Below are positions 52,916 to 63,405 of a DNA stretch of 64,000 nucleotides, piece by piece (the first letter of the stretch is position 1; every line of letters begins with the position of its first letter). The position numbers and the translations under genes were made by a program. The notes under the pieces were generated by a model. The model was not told where the DNA came from and did not search any database. It was given only the letters and a program-made list of their open reading frames with translations. The stretch comes from a virus. The stretch is from the IMG/VR virus record IMGVR_UViG_3300021961_000020. The stretch is one strand, 5' to 3'.

Positions 52916-53512
52916 GAACCCAGGACCATTTGCCCAGACCACCAGGGAGCGGCGAGTCCCACCAGTCACAGGGGTGACACGATGTAAGACATAACTCGGA
53001 AATACTATTACAGAACCGCGTTTGTTGTTGCCAATATGTATATCTCCGTCATTGAATTGCAACTCTCCACCTTCATATTCTGATGGATCTGATAGTTGTA
53101 CTGACATGCTCAACTTCCTCGGTGGCATGTCAGACATCATCATATTGTCTACATGCCAATTATAGCATGAATTATCGTCATGATATACAGTATATTGCAA
53201 ATCTTCGTGGAATCCATGAATATCATATCTCCAATACATTCCATTCATGCATCTAAGGATTCTTCCTAATTTCTCATAGATCCACTCACTATCTTCCTCC
53301 AATGTAATCCATGCATTTTTAGACTTTCTGATGCTTTCTACTACCGTCGTATTATCATCATTAGATCCTACTGTAGATGATCTAGGACCCAAAGATTCTC
53401 CATACTGGACAATACGATCACATTCCTCAGGAGTAAATCCATCCTCCCAAGATTCATAAAGAGTTTCACCCATCCCAAAGTTGGGAGGAGGACATAATTT
53501 ATAGATTCCCAT
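52910..53512 (-). CDS. 2OG-Fe(II) oxygenase (prolyl 4-hydroxylase/PKHD-like)
   Basis: YNWHVD...RKLSMSVQLSDPSEYEGGELQF...GSVIVFPSYVLHRVTPVTGGTRRSLVVW (HxD...H triad and 2OG-binding Arg). Confidence 0.92.
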   Translation of the reverse strand: MGIYKLCPPPNFGMGETLYESWEDGFTPEECDRIVQYGESLGPRSSTVGSNDDNTTVVESIRKSKNAWITLEEDSEWIYEKLGRILRCMNGMYWRYDIHGFHEDLQYTVYHDDNSCYNWHVDNMMMSDMPPRKLSMSVQLSDPSEYEGGELQFNDGDIHIGNNKRGSVIVFPSYVLHRVTPVTGGTRRSLVVWANGPGFK

Positions 53513-53521
53513 GATAAAAAG

Positions 53522-55222
53522 TTAGTAAATTACTCTGATGTCTCCAGATCCACCCTCATTGGGTCCGTTAATTACCTCATAATACTGATTAGATGAAGGT
53601 CCAGTGCCTTTAACAGCACGACCAGCAGCACCACCACCGCCAGGAACTGCCTGCCCAATAAATGAACCACTTCCGCCAGGAAGTCCCCAGTTTCCACCCG
53701 ATCCTCCAGGTCTTCCAGGTGTGCCAGGTTGTCCAGGAGTTCCAGCGGTTCCAGGTGTGCCAGGTTGTCCAGGTTGACCGTTACCTCCTCTGCTTCCAGG
53801 AGTTCCAGGAGTTCCAGGTTGTCCAGTTCCTCCAGGTTGACCAGGAGTACCAGCAGAGCAACCAGCAGCACCGCCAGGTTGTCCAGCCCTTCCAGAACCG
53901 CCAGGAGTGCCACTGCCGCCAGGTTGTCCACTTCCACCAGGAGTGCCAGGTTGACCAGACCCACCGCCACCTCCAGGGGTGCCAGGAGTGCCAGGAGTGC
54001 CAGGTTGACCCGTTATAACACTCGTTGGATAGTTCCATCCTCTACCACTTGTAGAGATGCCTAAAACGCCTTTGATACCGCCAGTGCCATTGTATCCGCT
54101 GGCGCCGCCAGCGCCACCAGATCCGCCGCCACCACCAGATCCACCAGAACCACCAGATCCTCCGCCGCCACCAGCACCGCCAGCACCACCAGAACCACCA
54201 GAACACCAAGTTCTTGCCTGTGCCTGAGATCTTTGCTGTGCTCCGCTTCTTTGTTGGTAACTTTGTCTATTCTGCCAACCTGCCCTTCTTTGTCTGGGCC
54301 AACCACCATTCGGGCGTCTATCGTTTCTTCTATTTCTCTCAGTTCTTCTTTGTTGGAAACCTCTTCTTTGTTGATAAGATGCTCTCTGTTGACCAGGAGA
54401 ACCAGGAGCACCGTTAGCACCAGAAGATCCACTAGATCCATTAGATCCACTAGACCCAGGACTACCAGAAGAACCATTAGATCCTCTTACACCAGCAGCA
54501 GCACCAGATCCATTAATACCATTAACGCCATCAATACCATCAATTCCGCCGCCACCACCAGCATAAATGCGAGCATCTGAACCCTCACATTCTACAAATA
54601 CTTTACGAATTGCAGGTGCTCCAGGATTATCGACATCGATAGCATGCCCTCCAGGTTGTCCACCAGTTGCACCACCAGCAGAATAGATTCCGTAACCAGG
54701 AGGAGTATTTGCTACAAATACTTTTAGGTTAGATGTTGCCTGATCGACAATCAAAGATGCTGTGCCAACAGTAGAACTAACGATTCTACCTTTTAATGTA
54801 AGATATTTGGTGATATTTTTATTTAAATTTCCATTCCAAGATGCATCAACAGATGGAGTGGTAGGACTACTTAAAGTAGCAGCGTTAAAGTTCTCTTCCT
54901 GAGTTGCAGATGCCTGCTCAATGACATACTCTTTAATAACACCTCTCAAGTCTTGAGGTGAAATAGCACCAGTAGTTCCGACACCTACATTTTCGGTTGC
55001 ATCCAACACATAAGGAAGGTGCGCTGAACCAGTAGATGATGGATATTTGCCAGTTGCATAATCATATGGTGCATCAAGATCAGTAACTCGATGCAACTCA
55101 CGAGCAGAAATTGGTGCTGTTGTGTCACCAATCGCTGCTCTAATTTCACCATAAGAGATGCGAGTCCCAGGAGTACCTGTTAGGAGTTGTTGAGTTTTTT
55201 CGCTCCAATCTCCAAAAGCCAT
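53522..55222 (-). CDS. Glycine-rich receptor-binding adhesin, T-even gp38-like, with G-X-P repeats and an Arg/Gln-rich insert
   Basis: GIYSAGG...PGGHAI, IYAGGGGG, GGSGGNWGLPGG, GGAAGRAVKG match the glycine-rich motif order of gp38; downstream of the fibre genes. Confidence 0.7.
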   Translation of the reverse strand: MAFGDWSEKTQQLLTGTPGTRISYGEIRAAIGDTTAPISARELHRVTDLDAPYDYATGKYPSSTGSAHLPYVLDATENVGVGTTGAISPQDLRGVIKEYVIEQASATQEENFNAATLSSPTTPSVDASWNGNLNKNITKYLTLKGRIVSSTVGTASLIVDQATSNLKVFVANTPPGYGIYSAGGATGGQPGGHAIDVDNPGAPAIRKVFVECEGSDARIYAGGGGGIDGIDGVNGINGSGAAAGVRGSNGSSGSPGSSGSNGSSGSSGANGAPGSPGQQRASYQQRRGFQQRRTERNRRNDRRPNGGWPRQRRAGWQNRQSYQQRSGAQQRSQAQARTWCSGGSGGAGGAGGGGGSGGSGGSGGGGGSGGAGGASGYNGTGGIKGVLGISTSGRGWNYPTSVITGQPGTPGTPGTPGGGGGSGQPGTPGGSGQPGGSGTPGGSGRAGQPGGAAGCSAGTPGQPGGTGQPGTPGTPGSRGGNGQPGQPGTPGTAGTPGQPGTPGRPGGSGGNWGLPGGSGSFIGQAVPGGGGAAGRAVKGTGPSSNQYYEVINGPNEGGSGDIRVIY

Positions 55223-55234
55223 GTATACTTAACC

Positions 55235-57952
55235 TCAGACAAGATTTAGGGTAGCAGAACCAACACCAGCAATCGTGATGAATACTTTGGTTCCAGTGCT
55301 ATCTAATTCAATATTTAGTGCGGAAGTAGCGGAGGAAACATAAGATCTGAAAATACTTGCATCTCCCCAATATGTTCCTTGCTGGGTTGCATACTGGTGT
55401 TTATTATATGCCTGGTTATAAAGCATATGTGCTGTACCAAATCCAACAGCACTAGAAATTCCAGGGAATGTAGGTCCAGGTTGAATTTCATTATCTACAT
55501 TATCACGAATTAGAAAAGATCTCGCAGAATCACTGCTAACTATACCACCAAGGAATCCAATTTCTTCAATATATTGAATTGGATCATGCATTCTACTGCG
55601 AACTGACATAACACCAACAGACTGAGAGGTGTTATCAAGATATTCTAACCTGTTTCCACCATCGCCAGAGGCATAATTGAACCAGAGACCACCAGTTTTT
55701 GCTCCGTCTGGAGATGTCCCGTTTGTTCTGGAAAGAATAATACAACCAGGCGCTTCTCCAAGGTCTATTGTAGATCCTGGTTCGGCAGTATTAAATCCAA
55801 CTCTAACAAGACCGCTACCAGCAGTAGCATCAGTACCACCGACTCCAGTATGGTTGCCGAAGAATGTTACATCCTTATAAACTTCAACGCGGTTGCTATC
55901 TACAAGGTCAACTTTAGTACCAATACCAATACCACCTTCAAATATTGTACCGCCACCGATAAACTCTCCACCAGTATCTCTTCTTAGTCCAACATAGAAA
56001 TCAATATCAGAATCTCTTCCGCCACTTGTTGTGCCGATACCGATACCAGCAGCACCGAGCATTGCGATCTCAGCATTATCATAGAAAGCGATACCTTCTT
56101 GTACGCCAATGCTGGTAGTATTGAATCCAATCTTATTCAGCAGCAGTGTAGTCGATGTGCCGTCAGTAATACTGAGGTTAGCAACAGTTGTAATACCACC
56201 AGAAGAAATCAGATTGATACACTCAATAGTTCCACTGGATTGAATATCTCCACAAGAAACAATGCCAGTAACTCCATCGAGTTCGATAGAACCAAATGTA
56301 GCGATAGCACCACCAGTATAACTGAAATTACCAGTGATAATGATGTCAGAACAGGAAACTGTTCCAGTTGTAATAATTCCACTAAGATTAGCAAACAGAG
56401 TACCAGCAGCAGATACTTGAGTGGTTGCACTTCCAAACTGAAGAGTTGAAGTATTGAGGACACATGTTCCTCCAACAGTTACAGCACCAAAGGATGCAGA
56501 TTCTGAAACTGTTTGAGTGATGCTGCCAGTGATAGTTGTATCGTTAAGGATTGCACTAGAACTAGATGTTCCAGACATAATCCCAGTGACAATCAACTCA
56601 TTGACCGTGGCATCAGTGATATCAAGAGAACCACCGAATGTGCCACCAACGGAGAGATTTCCACCAACTACAAGATCACCAGAGAAAGATCCGTCACCGT
56701 CAAAGTCACCGTCTCCAATAACACCAAGACCCTTACCAAGTGCAGATGTTGTGTTACCAACACCGATGAAGTTGGTTGCTTTTAGTTCTCCACCAAATGT
56801 TGATATACCAGTATTTCTAATATAGATTGTGTTAATACCAGGAGATGTAATTTCATCAACGATGATATCAGGAGTGCCAGTTAATCCTTGTGCTAAACCA
56901 GCAACACCAGTGATGTCACCAATAACATTACCAATAAATCCACCAGAAGCACCAACAGTTCCAGTGAATGTACCAGTTCCTACTACATCAACAGCATAAT
57001 TTGTTCTTGCTCTAGATGTTCCTACACCTACATTACCTTCTCTAGTAACAACAACTCTAGGAACATAAGTTGTATTGTTATCACCCCAGATCTCAATCTG
57101 TCCACCTTCTGTACCAGCGGTGCCAGTTACACTACCATTGTAGAGAATGGCAGACTTAACACTGCCAGATGTTTCAATGAATCTGATGCCAGTGCTTCTA
57201 TCAAGATTGGCAAAGTTCCCATTGAAATCAATAAACTTATTAGATCCTCTTAAAGTTAATCCACCAGTGGTGCCAATCATGACGCCAGTGGCAATATTCA
57301 GGTTGCCAAAGGATCCAACACCACTAAACTCAGCGTTACCACTACCAGTGACAGTTTGAACACCAGTAATAGACCCAACCATGGAAAGATTGCCCTGTTG
57401 GGCATTTCCAGTTAGAGTTAAATTCTTTGCACTTAGTCCTTCAAATGTACCAACACCACTAATTGCATCGACTTCAATCAGGTCACCTACCGCAAAATCT
57501 GCTTGCGGGAAAGTAATAGCAACACCTACAGGTCTAAATGCATAGATTGTAGTTCCTGCTCCAGGATTATCATTCTGCCACACCGATGTGGGAAGATTGG
57601 TCAGTGCAGCACCATCACCAACAAAAGCAACAGCAGTGACTGTACCATCAGCATCGATAGTTACACCCGTTGTGCCTACACCAACTTGGAAGGTTGCCTC
57701 TGGAACTGTTGTACCGATACCGACCGAATAACCTACAGCAACATTAACATTACCGTAATGAGTTTGATAACCAACTACCTTTACATCTCTAAGTGTCGTC
57801 TGATTCTCAATGATAGCATTGCCACGAACATCTAATTCTTCTCGCGGAATAGTCGTGCCGATTCCGACCAGACCATTCTGCGAGATTAGATCATTTGCAT
57901 CAACTTGGATACCATCTCTAAAGTTGATGATTGTCTTATAATTCGTAGGCAT
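55235..57952 (-). CDS. Tail fibre protein (905 aa)
   Basis: NFRDGIQVD...GLVGIGTTIPREELDVRGN; repeated VGIGT motifs; C-terminal IAGVGSATLNL. Confidence 0.75.
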   Translation of the reverse strand: MPTNYKTIINFRDGIQVDANDLISQNGLVGIGTTIPREELDVRGNAIIENQTTLRDVKVVGYQTHYGNVNVAVGYSVGIGTTVPEATFQVGVGTTGVTIDADGTVTAVAFVGDGAALTNLPTSVWQNDNPGAGTTIYAFRPVGVAITFPQADFAVGDLIEVDAISGVGTFEGLSAKNLTLTGNAQQGNLSMVGSITGVQTVTGSGNAEFSGVGSFGNLNIATGVMIGTTGGLTLRGSNKFIDFNGNFANLDRSTGIRFIETSGSVKSAILYNGSVTGTAGTEGGQIEIWGDNNTTYVPRVVVTREGNVGVGTSRARTNYAVDVVGTGTFTGTVGASGGFIGNVIGDITGVAGLAQGLTGTPDIIVDEITSPGINTIYIRNTGISTFGGELKATNFIGVGNTTSALGKGLGVIGDGDFDGDGSFSGDLVVGGNLSVGGTFGGSLDITDATVNELIVTGIMSGTSSSSAILNDTTITGSITQTVSESASFGAVTVGGTCVLNTSTLQFGSATTQVSAAGTLFANLSGIITTGTVSCSDIIITGNFSYTGGAIATFGSIELDGVTGIVSCGDIQSSGTIECINLISSGGITTVANLSITDGTSTTLLLNKIGFNTTSIGVQEGIAFYDNAEIAMLGAAGIGIGTTSGGRDSDIDFYVGLRRDTGGEFIGGGTIFEGGIGIGTKVDLVDSNRVEVYKDVTFFGNHTGVGGTDATAGSGLVRVGFNTAEPGSTIDLGEAPGCIILSRTNGTSPDGAKTGGLWFNYASGDGGNRLEYLDNTSQSVGVMSVRSRMHDPIQYIEEIGFLGGIVSSDSARSFLIRDNVDNEIQPGPTFPGISSAVGFGTAHMLYNQAYNKHQYATQQGTYWGDASIFRSYVSSATSALNIELDSTGTKVFITIAGVGSATLNLV

Positions 57953-57980
57953 TATCTTTTAATGAGGAACACCCTTTTAC

Positions 57981-60900
57981 TTATTTATCCTTTAGTTCAT
58001 CAACCTGTTTCGAAAGGTCCTTAACTGCCTCAATCAGGAGAGGAATAAGTTTGTTATAGTGAACGCCCTTAGTTCCATCAGGTTTAGTAGAAACAGCCTC
58101 AGGAAGTACTTTCTCAACATCTTGAGCAATGACTCCAATGTCATGACCCCTGTAACTCTTATGACCTTCCTTCCAGTCATACTCTGTACCACGGATTTGC
58201 ATAACCTTAGCGAGAGGATCTTCCAGGGTGGAGATATTCTCTTTCAGCAGAGCATCAGAAGGAGAACCATAGAAAGCAACAATATCATCATAAACATGGA
58301 GAGGACCACCATTGTATGTGAATCCAGCACCACTCATGTAGACATCACCAGAGAATGTGGTGAATCCATTGATGTTAACTTGCTGTTCAAATGTTACCTG
58401 AGCACTGTATTTAGTGTCAGTTGCAATAGCAACAGCGAATCCAGAAGCAGCATTAAGAACAAGGTCGCCTGTTCCAGGTGCAGATCTGATCTCAGTGTTT
58501 TGTGTGCCAACACCAGCAAGAACATTGTTAAGTTTAGCACCACTCGGGAAAGTACCAGTGATTTCAATAGAACCGCCAAGGTCAACTGTTCCGCTGGTGA
58601 TTAAATCATCAGTGAAGTTGACATCATTGGAGAATGTAACAGGACCATCAAATTGAGACAGAATGTTTTGCTGAGGACCACCCTCAACAATAATTCTTTG
58701 TCTTACGATAACTTCGTCAAATACGACAGAGTTACTAGATGCAGTCTCACCAGTTACAGTGGGAATAGGAATACCGAAGGAAGATTCTTGACCACTGGAA
58801 GAAGAAATACGCTTGTTACCAATGTAGAAGTCACCTTCGTTATTCAGACCAGTGTAGACAATTACACCAGCAGATCTTTCTTGTGCCTGAGACAGATACT
58901 CTTCATCATCAGTCAGAGTTCTATTCTGTACTTGGGGGAGACCAGTGGAGTAGTTACCAGGACCATAACCAAGATATTCAAATGTATGACCAGATGCACG
59001 GAGAATAGAAGGACGACGCAATTCAATGGCAAGAGCATTGACCTTTCTGATTAAAGAACCAGCGGAATGATGAGCAGGGAGAGTTCCCAGCGCACCACGA
59101 ATTACTGTCAATGTATCACCACCACCACCGCTCAGTCCTTGAGAAGAAATTCTCATGATCTCAGCATCAACTTCGATGTAGTCTCCCAGTTTGAATCTTT
59201 GATCTGTTCCAATACCAGAGTTAGGAACTTGCAGTCTGACGGATGTTGTTGTGTTGTTCAAGTCATCCTTAACAGTAGCAATCTCTCCAGCATACAGATT
59301 GTTATATCTAGATCCGATTCTTTCGGAAAGAGCTACAGGTTGATTTTGTCCTTCAAATACACCCTGATACAGTTTATGTCCAGCAGCATAGTTGATATCA
59401 TTTACTGTGGTCGATGTAAATGTATTGATACCAGCAATGGTATCAACAATAAAATCACCAATCTTGTTACTGTTAGTATCGACGACTCTAAACTTAGATC
59501 CTCTTCTGAGTCCATGTGGACGCGATGTTGTAATTGTCGTGATACCAGTTGTAATGTCGAAATGAGTAGAAGCGATAGCAACAGAAGGAGAAACTCTAAA
59601 TGCATACTGACCACCAACAATTAAAGGATCGCCAGATGTTACTGCAATAGCAACGCTTGTCTTAGTTGGTACGGATGCAATTCTATACAGACCATCTGTA
59701 GTTGTGCCAATACCAGTAACGGCAAGAACATCACCAACTGCGGAAGAAATACCAGCAGTGGGAACACCAATACTAGAACCACTAAATCCATCAATAGTGA
59801 GAGATTCGCCACCGACAAATCCAGAACCAGGAGCGGCAATTTCAAGTCCTGTGATTGTAGTAGATCCAACACCAACAGTTACAGTAGCAGTAGCACCGTT
59901 CCAGTTTCCACCATTAAGCAGTTTTACATTATACTTAGTGGTCTCAGCATAACCAACACCAGAAACGAGATTCTCGTAAGTAACAAGACCATTCAGATTG
60001 TGCTGGTTTGTGAATGTTACAGTTACGATACCAGCAGAGAAAGCAGTTACACTAGAGACGGCAAGTCCAACATTAAATGTCTTCAAGAACTTGTCAGATG
60101 CCTCTCTTGTAATAGATCTCTTGAGATCATCAATTTCAACTTTTCCAAGAGGAGCACGCTTAGCAAAAGATCTAGATGCAGAAGGATTAACTACGATATT
60201 ATCTCTGTCCTGCTGAGGATAATAGTAAGTAACATTCTGCTCATACTTCTTAGGAGTAAACTCCTGAGGTGGAGCATAATCAGCAGCAAGAAGTTCGATC
60301 AGATAAACACCATCGTTCTGATCTCTAACATAAGGTTCTACAACTGTAGTACGATATACAGAGAGATTCTTTTGGTTATTGTTAATAGAGAATCTGGGGA
60401 GGAAAAGATTTCTAGTGTTTGTGGTATCTACATAAGTACCAGTGTTTCTCTCTACACCATCATTGTCAGTATTGGGATAAGTAAACTGATATCCATCAAT
60501 AATTCCAGAGACAGTAAAGTATCCGTTGTATCCTCTATTAGGGAGTCCATCAGTATTGTTAGAATCTTGGATATTCTCAACATAAATGATATCACCAACC
60601 TCTACCATGTGCGGCAGTTCGGTTCTAACAGTAACAACAGATGATGTCTCACTAACTTCAGCAATGAACTGATTATTTCTTCTGAAGTTATTGTCGTCGA
60701 GTGTGATAGATGTTGCAGTAGGATCAGCAGTTTTTGCAAATCCAGTCAAACCAGAGTTTTGAATAATGAATCCTGGTGCAGGATCTCTAGAGTTTCCTGC
60801 TTCCTTAGGAATAACATATCTGAACTTATACAGTTTATCTTCAACACTTCTATTATCTTCGAATCTCTCAATGTAAGAGATGTTTGTGCCTGCACCATCG

Positions 60901-63215
60901 GTCAGGTTGATGTTGCTCTGAATCTGAGGGAAGATATTGTTAGAAGTATTAACATGCAAGAACCACTGATTTTGATTCAAGTCCCACTGAATTGGGTGAC
61001 CAATTTCTCCAGCACTCTTATCAGATACTCTACTCTCTAATCTAAGATTACTTCCACCATACAGTTCAATAGGAACATTGTTGATAGCATTAGAGAATGT
61101 CGTTGCTACTTTAATCTGAGTGGGAGATACGACGATAGCATAGTATACTCTATCAAATTCGAGATTTTCGGGAAGATCTCCATCATCACTGAAAATTCTA
61201 ATCTTCTCGCCAGTTACCAGTCCAATGGAACTGACTGTCATTGCGAAGTTTACATTAGGAACACTTAACTTACTAGATTTAGTTCCTGTTCTAGATCCAA
61301 TAGATGCAGTTGCAACACCAGCAATAATATTTTCTGTCATACTGACAGGAGCATCATAAACAGTATTGCCGATGGAAACATAAAGTTTCTCATCGAGTCT
61401 GGCACCAACTCTGAAACCCTGAGACAAACTCAACGGCGGATCATCTTCTCTATCAAATCCGAAGATGTAAAGGTGACTGGAAAGTCCAACATTCTTAGTC
61501 TTACTTACATCCAACTGGTAGAAACTTACAGTATCAACTACACTTCTAGATGTGTTGACATGCTGAGGAGATGCAATGTGTGTTACATATCCTTGGTCAT
61601 CTCTTGGGAATGCTTCATTTCTAAATCCATCAGCAACCAGAGAGAATTGACCGAAGTTGGAGTTAGAGTTGGTGATAGATGCGTCAGCACCACTCTCACC
61701 TACAAAGTGACCATTGAAACCAATGGCAAACACGGAAACAACCTGAATAACAGCGTTGTTTGACATCTTAATGTGGGACTGTTCCCAACCTTGACGGTAA
61801 ATAGCACCAGAATCAAGGTGATAAACAGTTGCAGCATCTGTAGAAGATGACTGAGATGCTAACTCAGCACCAGAAACGGTAGGATAGGTAATACCTTCAT
61901 ACAATCTGGAAACTGGATTATACTTGACAAATGCTCTATCGTCTTTTTGGAGAGAGATGCCCGTGAACTGGGCAACAACCATTGAACGGAAACCTTGAGA
62001 CTTGCTGCCATCGGCATGCATGCCGTTCATACCATAAACGGAACGCAGAGAGATGTTAAAGATATACGGAGATGCACCAGTTACAGTATCAGATTCGATG
62101 GTAACTACAGCACTCGTGATGTTAGACGGAGTTGCAGGTAAGTTATTCGGGAATGTAGGCAGAGAATATGTAAATGTTGTTGCATCTACAATAGATTGAA
62201 CAACGGTAGAAATATTATACTGAGATACATTGACTCCACTAATCTTGATCGGAGTACCAGCACTTAATCCATGCTCTTGTTCAGTGACGACGGTAACTTG
62301 AGATGTGGGGCTAAGACCATCACCAGAGACAATGCTAGCAATCTCCAGGGGATCAGTACCAAGAGCACCAACAATCTCAAATTCAGGACGAACTTTCTCA
62401 AAGTCACCCTGATTCTCGGGCCATTCGTATGTAATAGCACGACCAGATGCCTCTTGGAAGGCATATGTCAGCTTGTAATAATACATGCTGAGGTCTGTGT
62501 GGTCGTAACCCTTAACCTCATTAACACCATCAGCATACTCAAAGCATGTCAGTTTGTGGTGAGAGAATGAAGGTAAAGATCTGTTATCATCATTAAATTG
62601 CTGGTGGTCGGTATATACTAAACGGTCACCTTTACCATCAAACAGAGAGAACTGCCAGAGATAGCAGTTACCAGTGATTCTGAAGATTGCAGAATCAGGT
62701 ACATCATCATCTGTAGGGTTCGGTACATACAGAGGACGGATCTTAGTCTTTCTGAGGTCAAGACCAACAATAGATGTACCACGAGGCACAACACATCCAC
62801 CGTTGACGGAGTTAAATCTATAAAGAATATTATTTTCTACAGTAAGGTCGAATTCGCTAGTTAGAGATAGAGCAAATTCTGAAGTCGCTAATGTTTCAGC
62901 ACCAATGGGAGATACGCCAACTGCTCTACTAGGATCAGAAGGATCTTTTTTAATTGCAAATCCAGGTCTGTTGTCAATGAAGTGATCCCCAGGGAACAGG
63001 AGAATCGTTGTTTTATCGGTAATATCGTTATCGAATCCAGTCTGATATGAGAATCTTGCCGACTCTAATAATGCCCGCTGAATAGTTTTGAAGGGTTTCG
63101 TCAGCGAGTTACCCTGGTTCGTGATACTGTCTGTAGCATCAAGATCATTAGGGTTAACATAAAGAATTTTACCCTCAGTATTCTTGATGAAATTCTCTAA
63201 CTTATTAAGTGGCAT
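57981..63215 (-). CDS. Long tail fibre/virion protein (1744 aa) with beta-helix-like N-terminus and C-terminal peptidase S74 intramolecular chaperone
   Basis: YVNPNDLDATDS..NQGNSLTKPFKTIQRALLE...GTSIVGLDLRKTKIRP; C-terminal SDALLKENI...IRGTEYDWK...DIGVIAQDVEKVLPEAV...V.YNKLIPLLIEAVKDL. Confidence 0.85.
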   Translation of the reverse strand: MPLNKLENFIKNTEGKILYVNPNDLDATDSITNQGNSLTKPFKTIQRALLESARFSYQTGFDNDITDKTTILLFPGDHFIDNRPGFAIKKDPSDPSRAVGVSPIGAETLATSEFALSLTSEFDLTVENNILYRFNSVNGGCVVPRGTSIVGLDLRKTKIRPLYVPNPTDDDVPDSAIFRITGNCYLWQFSLFDGKGDRLVYTDHQQFNDDNRSLPSFSHHKLTCFEYADGVNEVKGYDHTDLSMYYYKLTYAFQEASGRAITYEWPENQGDFEKVRPEFEIVGALGTDPLEIASIVSGDGLSPTSQVTVVTEQEHGLSAGTPIKISGVNVSQYNISTVVQSIVDATTFTYSLPTFPNNLPATPSNITSAVVTIESDTVTGASPYIFNISLRSVYGMNGMHADGSKSQGFRSMVVAQFTGISLQKDDRAFVKYNPVSRLYEGITYPTVSGAELASQSSSTDAATVYHLDSGAIYRQGWEQSHIKMSNNAVIQVVSVFAIGFNGHFVGESGADASITNSNSNFGQFSLVADGFRNEAFPRDDQGYVTHIASPQHVNTSRSVVDTVSFYQLDVSKTKNVGLSSHLYIFGFDREDDPPLSLSQGFRVGARLDEKLYVSIGNTVYDAPVSMTENIIAGVATASIGSRTGTKSSKLSVPNVNFAMTVSSIGLVTGEKIRIFSDDGDLPENLEFDRVYYAIVVSPTQIKVATTFSNAINNVPIELYGGSNLRLESRVSDKSAGEIGHPIQWDLNQNQWFLHVNTSNNIFPQIQSNINLTDGAGTNISYIERFEDNRSVEDKLYKFRYVIPKEAGNSRDPAPGFIIQNSGLTGFAKTADPTATSITLDDNNFRRNNQFIAEVSETSSVVTVRTELPHMVEVGDIIYVENIQDSNNTDGLPNRGYNGYFTVSGIIDGYQFTYPNTDNDGVERNTGTYVDTTNTRNLFLPRFSINNNQKNLSVYRTTVVEPYVRDQNDGVYLIELLAADYAPPQEFTPKKYEQNVTYYYPQQDRDNIVVNPSASRSFAKRAPLGKVEIDDLKRSITREASDKFLKTFNVGLAVSSVTAFSAGIVTVTFTNQHNLNGLVTYENLVSGVGYAETTKYNVKLLNGGNWNGATATVTVGVGSTTITGLEIAAPGSGFVGGESLTIDGFSGSSIGVPTAGISSAVGDVLAVTGIGTTTDGLYRIASVPTKTSVAIAVTSGDPLIVGGQYAFRVSPSVAIASTHFDITTGITTITTSRPHGLRRGSKFRVVDTNSNKIGDFIVDTIAGINTFTSTTVNDINYAAGHKLYQGVFEGQNQPVALSERIGSRYNNLYAGEIATVKDDLNNTTTSVRLQVPNSGIGTDQRFKLGDYIEVDAEIMRISSQGLSGGGGDTLTVIRGALGTLPAHHSAGSLIRKVNALAIELRRPSILRASGHTFEYLGYGPGNYSTGLPQVQNRTLTDDEEYLSQAQERSAGVIVYTGLNNEGDFYIGNKRISSSSGQESSFGIPIPTVTGETASSNSVVFDEVIVRQRIIVEGGPQQNILSQFDGPVTFSNDVNFTDDLITSGTVDLGGSIEITGTFPSGAKLNNVLAGVGTQNTEIRSAPGTGDLVLNAASGFAVAIATDTKYSAQVTFEQQVNINGFTTFSGDVYMSGAGFTYNGGPLHVYDDIVAFYGSPSDALLKENISTLEDPLAKVMQIRGTEYDWKEGHKSYRGHDIGVIAQDVEKVLPEAVSTKPDGTKGVHYNKLIPLLIEAVKDLSKQVDELKDK
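57982..57988 (-). promoter_or_regulatory. T4-like late promoter (ATAAATA)
   Basis: GATAAATAA about 30 nt upstream of the ATG at 57952, overlapping the upstream stop codon. Confidence 0.6.
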
Positions 63216-63246
63216 CTCTCTTCAGACTGAGATAGTTGTGCTCCTC

Positions 63247-63267
63247 TTATTTAGACATCAATAAATA
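63247..63267. promoter_or_regulatory. Back-to-back late promoters (CTAAATA on minus, ATAAATA on plus)
   Basis: ttatttag at 63247-63254 and ataaata at 63261-63267 in the 73-nt divergent gap. Confidence 0.6.
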
Positions 63268-63288
63268 GCTCGACTATTATTTTTTAGC

Positions 63289-63405
63289 ATGGCACAATCT
63301 GTTCGAAGGAGAAAAAGAGACGACTCTAACGATAAATTCTTTCTCTATGTTGCTTTTCATTCCGTATTGACTGCTATTGTCAACTTATTCAGAGATGACG
63401 ATTGA
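63289..63405 (+). CDS. 38-aa protein with basic N-terminus and hydrophobic helix (not in ORF track)
   Basis: MAQSVRRRKRDDSNDKFFLYVAFHSVLTAIVNLFRDDD, following a late promoter. Confidence 0.6.
   Translation: MAQSVRRRKRDDSNDKFFLYVAFHSVLTAIVNLFRDDD

Noticed and set aside
53522-55222. Calling the glycine-rich protein a true collagen
   Set aside because: The G-X-Y runs are short and interrupted by GGG/GGS stretches, and gp38-type motifs fit a polyglycine-II sandwich better; only the X-Pro-Gly substrate idea was retained.
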